A DNA stretch of 64,000 nt from Eledone cirrhosa (taxonomy: Eukaryota): the NCBI GenBank assembly GCA_964016885.1, contig OZ024757.1, forward strand, positions 41,602,001-41,666,000, in the 5' to 3' direction. A program made the position numbers and the translations under genes. The notes under the pieces were generated by a model. It saw nothing but the letters and a program-made list of their open reading frames with translations, did not search any database and had not been told where the DNA came from. Each line of letters begins with the position of its first letter. The first letter of the stretch is position 1. Positions 56,328 through 64,000 of this stretch are shown piece after piece.

Positions 56328-56458
56328 GGTTTGGGGGAGTAATTGGTGGAGGAGGAGGGGAGAAGAGGGAGATGAGAGGGTATTATTTGATGGGGGAAGG
56401 GGGCTATCATTTGGCAGTGCTGTAGAATTTCTTGTATTAATTGTAATACCAACAAATT

Positions 56459-56511
<53 letters not shown>

Positions 56512-56939
56512 TTGTTTAATTATTTATTTAATTGTAAAACATTATTTCTGTTTTCTATCTTTATTATTATTATTATTGTGGTTAATAAAGAAATCATTAT
56601 TATTATTATTATTTCTAATGAATCAATTGCTGCTTTGTTATTTAAGAAGAAGAAAAACTAAATAAAGCAAAAAGAAAACAACAACAGCACCAGTAACAAC
56701 AATAACAACAACACAGAAAAACAAAGGTAAAAATATACAAATAAAACTTACAAAAATTCTACCCTACCCCTACCCCCAAAACAAAATTAGTTTTAATTAT
56801 GTAAGTAGCTAATAATGAGCTGGAGAAACAAAGTTTGATTAGTTCATAATTAATTGGTTGATAATTAATTAAAGATTTTCATAAATTAACCAAAAATATT
56901 TTAAAACAAAGAAAGACAAAAAAATTGTATCTGAAAAGG

Positions 56940-57440
56940 AAACATAACAACAACAACAACAGTAACAACAACATAACACAGGAGTAATGACAACGACAAT
57001 AACAACCACAACAATAACAGTAACAATAACAACAACAATGACAACAGCAACAATGACAAAAATTACAATAACAAGATAACAACAACAACAATAATGAAAA
57101 AACAACAATGGTAACAATAACAACAGCAACAATAACGACAACAACAACGACAAGATAACAACAACAATGACAAAATGACAACAATACAACGTCGTTAATG
57201 ACAACAGCAACAAAAAAACAATGACAACAATAATAACAACAATAACAGTACAAGATAACAATAACAACAGCAAAAACAATGACAACAACAATACAACAAC
57301 AAATGGCACCTGCAACAATAACAACAACAACGACAAAATAATAACAATAACAACCACAGCAACAAACAATAACAACAACAAAAACTACAACAACAGTAAC
57401 AAACAACAACAAAAGCTACAACAACAAATAATTACAACAG
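56940..57440. repeat. (ACA)n degenerate trinucleotide repeat
   Basis: Direct reading. Confidence 0.9.
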
Positions 57441-57446
57441 TACAAA

Positions 57447-57848
57447 GTAATTGTTTCTACTTTTGGCACAAGGCCAGCAATTATCTCAGTGTATTACTGG
57501 TACTTTATTTTATTGACCCCGTAAGGATGAAAGGCAAAGTTAACCCCGTAAAGGGCCATAACTCTGTGCTGTAAAGCATGGCGTCCGATGCTCTACCGAT
57601 ACTACCAATCCACTGCCCTAACAGTATCAAATAATGGTTTCATTTATTGGTCACAGAGGCGACATATAGGGGACAATACAAAGACAGGGACAGTGGGGGT
57701 GGGGAGTATAATAAAATTAAGTAAAAATACACAATAACAATTAATAATTGTTTCTATGTTAGGCACAAGGCCAGCAATTACCCAGTGTACCCAGTGTATT
57801 ACTGATACTTTATTTTATCGACCCCGTAAGGATGAAAGGCAAAGTTAA
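57447..57848 (-). mobile_element. Two OK-type SINE pieces (57447-57620, 57743-57848)
   Basis: Homology to 54155-54346. Confidence 0.78.
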
Positions 57849-57953
57849 TTAATAATGGAAATATATAAAATATATAAAAATATAACAAAATAAATGTTCT
57901 AGAAATACTGTATGTCATTATGACGTCCTTATGACTCCTCAGAAGTTTGGGTC

Positions 57954-58043
57954 CATATCTGAGGATCTTTCGATTCCAGAGTCAGCTTCGATCAACAATA
58001 GATCGTTCCTTGAGCTGATCGACAGTGAAACATATGTAATATG
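57954..58043 (+). ncRNA. Type I hammerhead ribozyme with multi-helix stem II (family N)
   Basis: CATAT-CTGAGGA-[61-nt structured stem II]-GAAA-CATATG-TA-ATATG; homolog at 63347-63431. Confidence 0.75.
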
Positions 58044-58104
58044 TTATTAAATATGTTATGATTCAACACTGACTTTTTGTTCCTTTATTCTTATACTATA
58101 TATA

Positions 58105-58311
58105 TATAACAAAGGAATTGTGGTAAGGAACCAGATGGACCATAACGCACCAGAGTACTCAATACTTAGGGTAGTAGAGTGGGAAATAGGAAAAAGTATG
58201 ACCCCGACGGCAGAGCTCAAGCCGTTTCGACAGCTATTTCTGGACAGAGTCCAGAGTCCAGAAATAGCAGTCGAAACGGCTTGAGCTCTGCCGTCGGGGT
58301 CATACTTTTTC

Positions 58312-58315
<4 letters not shown>
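58105..58315 (-). mobile_element. Foldback element (60-bp arms 58186-58245 / 58256-58315) plus tail; related fragment at 9248-9310
   Basis: Arms are reverse complements with one visible mismatch; contains a GTC-GAAA-CGGC-TT half-core; tail motif ACTC...TTGAGTACTC. Confidence 0.7.
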
Positions 58316-58367
<52 letters not shown>

Positions 58368-58981
58368 ATATATATATATATACCTGCTTCAGTCATCATT
58401 CCTTTTCCTTAAGTTTTTCTTTCTCTCTCTCTCTCTCTCTCCCTCTCTTTACCTTTATTTCATAACCTCACTCCCACTCTTCTTTCTTTCGTGCCTCATG
58501 AAGGACCAATATCCGATACTTCGTAGACATTTTACCTTTTTGAAGAGATGTGAACCTAATAACACATTTTGTAATTGTTGTCTCTGTTTGTTTGCACTGT
58601 TTTTATTGTTGACCTTGAACTATATAGATATATGTATGCGTGTGTGTGTGTGTGTGAGAGAGAGCGTTATGTGTGTGTGTGAGCATGTGTGTGTGTATCT
58701 AACCCTTGCAGGCAGAGAAACGGGCATCAATTATGTATGTGCTTATATATATATATATATATATATATGTGTGGTGGGGTGCATGTGTATGTATATATAT
58801 ATTCATACATATATATACATAGATATTTATATACATACATATATACATATACATAAATATTTATATATATATACATAAATATTTATATACATACATATAT
58901 ATATATGTACATATATACATATATATATATATATACGTATATAGGTATGTGTATATATATATATATATATACATATTTACG

Positions 58982-59013
<32 letters not shown>

Positions 59014-59312
59014 TACATACCTATATACGTATATATATATATATACGTATATATATATATATACATATATACGTATATATATATATATACATATATACGT
59101 ATATATATATACATATATACGTATATATATATATATATATATACATATATACGTATATATATATATATATATATACATATATACGTATATATACGTATAT
59201 ATATATATATATATACCTATATACACGTATATATATATATACATACCTATATACGTATATATATATACATAAATATTTATATATTTGCATACATACATTA
59301 AGATATACTTAT

Positions 59313-59369
<57 letters not shown>

Positions 59370-59736
59370 GAGTACTTGAACTTCCTCTAAATCACTAACT
59401 CCCATGATCCCTAGGGGGGCTTTGTAATTATCAATTGAAAAGGAGATTACCGATTTGTCATATTAGCCTTCAGCCATATTGGCAGTGATTAGGAAAGAGA
59501 AAAGGATTCTGGGAATCGGTTAATTGATTCAATGTGGAATTAAGGGGGAATAATCTGAATATAGAAAGCTTGGAGTTGAATTGTGGATTAGATTTGATTC
59601 AATAAAGGACATTTAAATGTTTAAGATGTTTGTCAAAAATTCTTCTTATAAAACTATTTCAGCAGCTACATAGATTGCAGTGTGGGTTTTACCTTAGGAC
59701 ATATAGGAGATACATAGGGAGAGACAGACATACTGA

Positions 59737-59789
<53 letters not shown>

Positions 59790-59955
59790 GTACATACACA
59801 CACATAGACTTAGGACATATAGGAGATAAGTAGGAACACACACTCATACTGATATACATATACATACACACACTTAGGGCATAGAGATACTTAGAAACTC
59901 ACACACACACATATATATATATATACCCACACATTTATGACAGAGATATACTGAA

Positions 59956-60046
<91 letters not shown>

Positions 60047-60193
60047 CACACTTAGGACATAGAGATAGACACACACACACTCACACACACACTTTTTTCC
60101 TCATGTGTTGACAGACTTGTAGTTAAAATTCTCCACGTTTTTCAGGTGACAACACTCTCTGCCTAATCTATCGTTTACACACACATACACACA

Positions 60194-60235
<42 letters not shown>

Positions 60236-60256
60236 CTCTCTCTGCCTCTCTCTCTG

Positions 60257-60293
<37 letters not shown>

Positions 60294-61685
60294 CTCTCTC
60301 TCTCAATCTTAAATCCTACTTTTTCCAAGTTGACAAACATTTTACACGACATGTACTACAGCTTTCAGAAAATAGATTTTTATAAAAATTGATGAAATAT
60401 TTTCTTTTAGTTTTTTCCTGCCAAGTTCCTTGTTCCTTATTTTTTTATCCGATTTCCAACATTTCCCTCACTTGAACATATTTCGCATTTTATTTTCATC
60501 TTTATTTTGAAAATTACATCTAAACAAATATCATCAGATTGGAACAAGGAGAAAATAATAGAATTTCAACAATTGAAATAAAATTTTAATTTGTATTTCT
60601 GCTTTTGTACCTTCTTCTTCTTCTTTGCCTTCTTCTCTTTGCCTTCTTTGCTTTCTTCTCTTTGCCTTCTTCTTCATCTTCTCCTTCTTCTTCATCTTCT
60701 TCTTCTTCTTCATCTTCTTCTTTTTCTTCTTCTCCTCCCCCTCCTCCACCTTCTCTGTTAGTCTTTTCCTCTATCTTATAAATTAGTCAAACGAAGAAAT
60801 TGTTTCACTCTTCTTCCGACATTTGGTGAATGGTTGGGTGGCTGGGTGGCTGGGATGTGGTGTGGTATGGACAGGGGTGGCTGGGATGGTTGGATGGCTG
60901 GGATGGATTTATTGGGGTATGGGAGGGCTTAGTGGTGGTGTAGGATGGTATGGATGGCTGGGGAGGCTGGGATGTGGTGTGGGATGGCTGGGTGGCTGTG
61001 ATGGCTTTACACTGGTTTGAAGGCTGTGGTGTGGTGAGATCGCTGGGTGGTGATGGTGGATAACTCCATGGGATGGGACTTAGTGCTAATACCCTACCAC
61101 CTCCCTTTCCTGGCTTAATACCTCCAACTTCACTCCCTAGCTAAATACTCTCCCCTCACATCCTTTCATGGCTATATACCCCACCACCACCCTGGCTAAA
61201 AGGTCTACTCTCCCCCACCTCCCTGGTTTAATACCTGCCCTACCCAATTGACATTTTGTTTTAGCTGTTGTTACTATTTCCTAAAATACAATATGTCTGA
61301 AACAGTCATTCTTTCCGTCTTCCATCTTATCTCTTCACACTTTAAACCTCCTCCAGCTCTCTCTCTCTCAACATTTGTGTCAGCAAATCCTGGCAACTTG
61401 TTAACTTATAATATAGAATAATTGTGAAAAGCTTCAAGGTAGGACAGTTTCAAAATAATCATTAAAATGCCACATTTGTTGAGAAAGTTCCATAATTTAG
61501 TTTTTAAAAGTTAATGTATTTTAAAATACACCATTGTCTTTAGTGTTATATTGAGATAATGAGGTGATTCTTTAAGAGATATTCTCCTCTAATTTAATAT
61601 TTATAAAGATATAATTGTTTTTAATAGAAGCTATATAGCATTATATAACTCCTTCACTCTCTTTCCCTCCCTCCCTCTCTGTATA

Positions 61686-61762
<77 letters not shown>

Positions 61763-61765
<3 letters not shown>

Positions 61766-61965
61766 TGATATTAAATAAATGGAAACTATATTTATAAAAC
61801 CATATTTATTCTATTATATATATTTCAAGGGTACCAAAAATTTTGGTACGCTATCATCAGATAAAATACAAAATGTTTTATAAATATTTGACATGACCAA
61901 GGATAATATACCTTAACGGTTCAAGTTATCCCTGGAAAGTCATTTCCATTTATTTAATATCAATT
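61763..61965 (-). mobile_element. HHR family A element with 23-bp inverted ends; HHR at 61805-61870
   Basis: Reverse complement TGTATTTTAT-CTGATGA-TAG C GTACCAAA ATT TTTGGTAC C CTT-GAAA-TATATA-TA-ATAGAATAAA; flank matches 1097-1156. Confidence 0.78.
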
Positions 61966-62039
61966 AATATCAAAAATCTGAATGAATACACACATGACTT
62001 TTTCTCAAATAATTTATTTTTTGTGATCATCTTTCTATT

Positions 62040-62181
62040 TCATATCTTCTTTCTCATTCTGTCTTCTGATGAAGGACTGGTGTCCAAAACGTAAAGACTC
62101 TTTTCCTACTATATTAAGCATTAAACTAATATATTTCTTCATTGTACTGTGTCATTTGCTTTGCTCTTTCCATTTATTTTT

Positions 62182-62185
<4 letters not shown>
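62040..62185 (+). mobile_element. HHR family I element (HHR at 62061-62098, G12 mutated to A)
   Basis: GTCTT-CTGATGA-A-GGAC TGGT GTCC-AAAA-CG-TA-AAGAC. Confidence 0.7.
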
Positions 62186-62230
<45 letters not shown>

Positions 62231-62232
<2 letters not shown>

Positions 62233-63250
62233 AACAGAGGAGTTTAAGACTGGCTGTCCATGGGAACTTCTCTATGCTGACGATCTGGCTCTTATGGCAG
62301 AATCAGTAGAGGAGCTAGAGAATAAATTCCGGCTATGGAAACAGCAGTTGGAAGCAAGAGGACTGAGAGTAAATCTAGCTAAGACAAAAGTGTTGATGAG
62401 TAGAAAAGAGGACAAAACCCTGATTCCGTCAGGGAAATGGCCATGTTCGATATGCAGAAAAGGAACTGGCATAAATTCTATAAAATGCACACAATGTAGG
62501 TCCTGGGTACACAAGAGATGTAGCGGGATAGCAGGCAAACTAACAGGTAGGGAGAAATATGTATGCAGTAGATGTACAGGGAAGTTAGACAGTAGAAGTC
62601 GCACTGATAGACACATTTTTCAAATGCGAGAGGGCGCTATAGAAGTGGTGGATAGCTTCCGGTACCTAGGAGATCAGATTAGCATGGGAGGAGGGTGTTC
62701 CGAGGCCATAGTATCTAGAATAAGGACGGGTTGGAAGAAGTTTAGGGAGCTGCTTCCTCTGTTGACGAAGAAGGGTTTCTCCCTGCGTACGAAAGGCCGG
62801 TTGTATGATGCCTGTGTGAGGAGCGCGATGCTGCATGGTAGTGAGACATGGGCAGCTACCGCAGAAGATATGCGACGGCTGGAGAGAAATGAGGCAAGCA
62901 TGCTCCGTTGGATGTGCAGTGTAAATGTGCGTGAACGACCCAGCATAAATGTGTTGAGAGAGAAACTGTGTCTGAGAGGGATAGAATGTAGTGTACGGGA
63001 GAGGAGACTGAGGTGGTATGGACATGTGATGCGCATGGAGGATGACCGATGGGTGAAGAAGTGCCAGGAAATGCCAGTTGAAGGAAGACGTGGTAGAGGT
63101 AGACCACGAAAAACATGGGCGGAGGTGGTGAGAACAGACCTCAGATCATTGAAGCTCACGGTGGAGATGACGAGGGACCGTGACGAGTGGAGAGATGCTG
63201 TGCTGAATAAGACCCGTCCCACCCTTGCAAGCAGGGAAAAGCGGACGTAA
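62231..63250 (+). CDS. 5'-truncated RTE-clade LINE ORF: C-terminal reverse transcriptase with an inserted PHD-like zinc finger
   Basis: ELLYADDL RT motif, GLRVNLAKTKV, CxxC..CxxC..HxxC..CxxC, FRYLGD, LHGSETW, RLRWYGHVMR, GRGRPRKTW; no stops in ~340 codons; (TGA)n tail to 63277. Confidence 0.92.
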
Positions 63251-63346
63251 AATGATGATGATGATGATGATGATGATATCCAGCAGGTGTAACGTGAAGT
63301 TACTGTAAGTTCACCCAGGTGAGCACTCCATCATTACAACAGCAGA

Positions 63347-63431
63347 GGTCTAACAAGCTTTTGATTCCAGAGTCGGGCCAGATCGTTACTGATCGAACCT
63401 TTAGCTGATCAATAGCGAAATGCGCATCACC
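63347..63431 (+). ncRNA. Degenerate family N hammerhead (core CTAACAA)
   Basis: GGT-CTAACAA-GCT T TTGA TTCCAGAG...AGCTGA TCAA T AGC-GAAA-TGCGCA-TC-ACC. Confidence 0.6.
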
Positions 63432-63502
63432 AATCAATAAACATAATGAAGGCTTAACAAATCATTCTTGTATTATTATATATATATCTATATATATGAT
63501 AT

Positions 63503-63735
63503 ATATTTAGTTAGAGAGTAAACAACAAAATATATAACTACTTCATTACCAATGTTAACATACGTCTAGTTGACTCATCAGACAGAGGGGTCACCCCTCT
63601 GTCTAGAGTCCTGAAACTTTTGGTAATGGAGTAGTTACATATTGTGTTGTTCACTCTCTAATTAGATAACTCTGTTTTATACATAGAGCGCTCTTTTTTC
63701 CTTTGCTTTTTCTTCGGAAATACTTAACATACTAT
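63503..63735 (+). mobile_element. Diverged foldback element with HHR remnant and tail
   Basis: Inverted arms centred on AGACAGAGGGG-TCA-CCCCTCTGTCT; TCATCAG (reverse complement CTGATGA) at 63575; tail AACTCTG...TAGAGCGCTCT. Confidence 0.6.
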
Positions 63736-64000
63736 ATATATACTCAGTAGGAGAGATGAATGGTATATAAAGGTGATCCAGTAGCCTGTTAGTTGACGAC
63801 ATGGTGTTAATTAACTCGACAGAAGGTGATCTCTGACTTTCACTTGATAGGTTTGATGCCGAGTGCTGCATGGCTGGAATAAAAAATCATTGCTGCGAAA
63901 ACTGAGACACTCGTCTTCTTAAGGAAACATGTGCAGTGCTCTCTACATGTAAATGGAGTTCCACTGAAGCTGGTAGAGAAGTTTAAGTATCTCAGGGCCA

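Noticed and set aside
60820-61250. G-rich block followed by C-rich block as an inverted repeat
   Set aside because: Low-complexity composition only; no extended exact complementarity found
62069-62230. N-terminal 54 aa of the 393-aa ORF
   Set aside because: Derived from an HHR element and a (TA)n run that happen to be in frame with the truncated LINE; not a real start

Overview
This is AT-rich, microsatellite-saturated non-coding eukaryotic DNA. The SINE families resemble the octopus OK and OR SINEs, so an octopus or other cephalopod intergenic or intronic region is the likely source (inference). No host protein-coding gene is convincingly present, and almost all ORF-track entries are translations of (TA)n, (CA)n or (GTT)n tracts. 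The real coding remnants are non-LTR retrotransposon 3' ends: an uninterrupted ~340-codon RTE fragment with a PHD-like finger at 62231-63250, plus RTE/Expander and CR1-like fragments. The most striking signal is a dense set of non-coding foldback (inverted-repeat) elements embedded in (TA)n tracts. By manual folding they carry type I hammerhead ribozyme (HHR) motifs, about 15 loci from roughly 9 sequence-unrelated families, most with palindromic stem III. Several show compensatory base changes, unusual stem II architectures, and a shared ACTC...GAGTRCT motif about 50-80 nt from their 3' ends. They are best explained as Penelope-like (PLE) pseudo-LTR or retrozyme-type non-autonomous elements. 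All folds were done by eye and need computational and biochemical confirmation.
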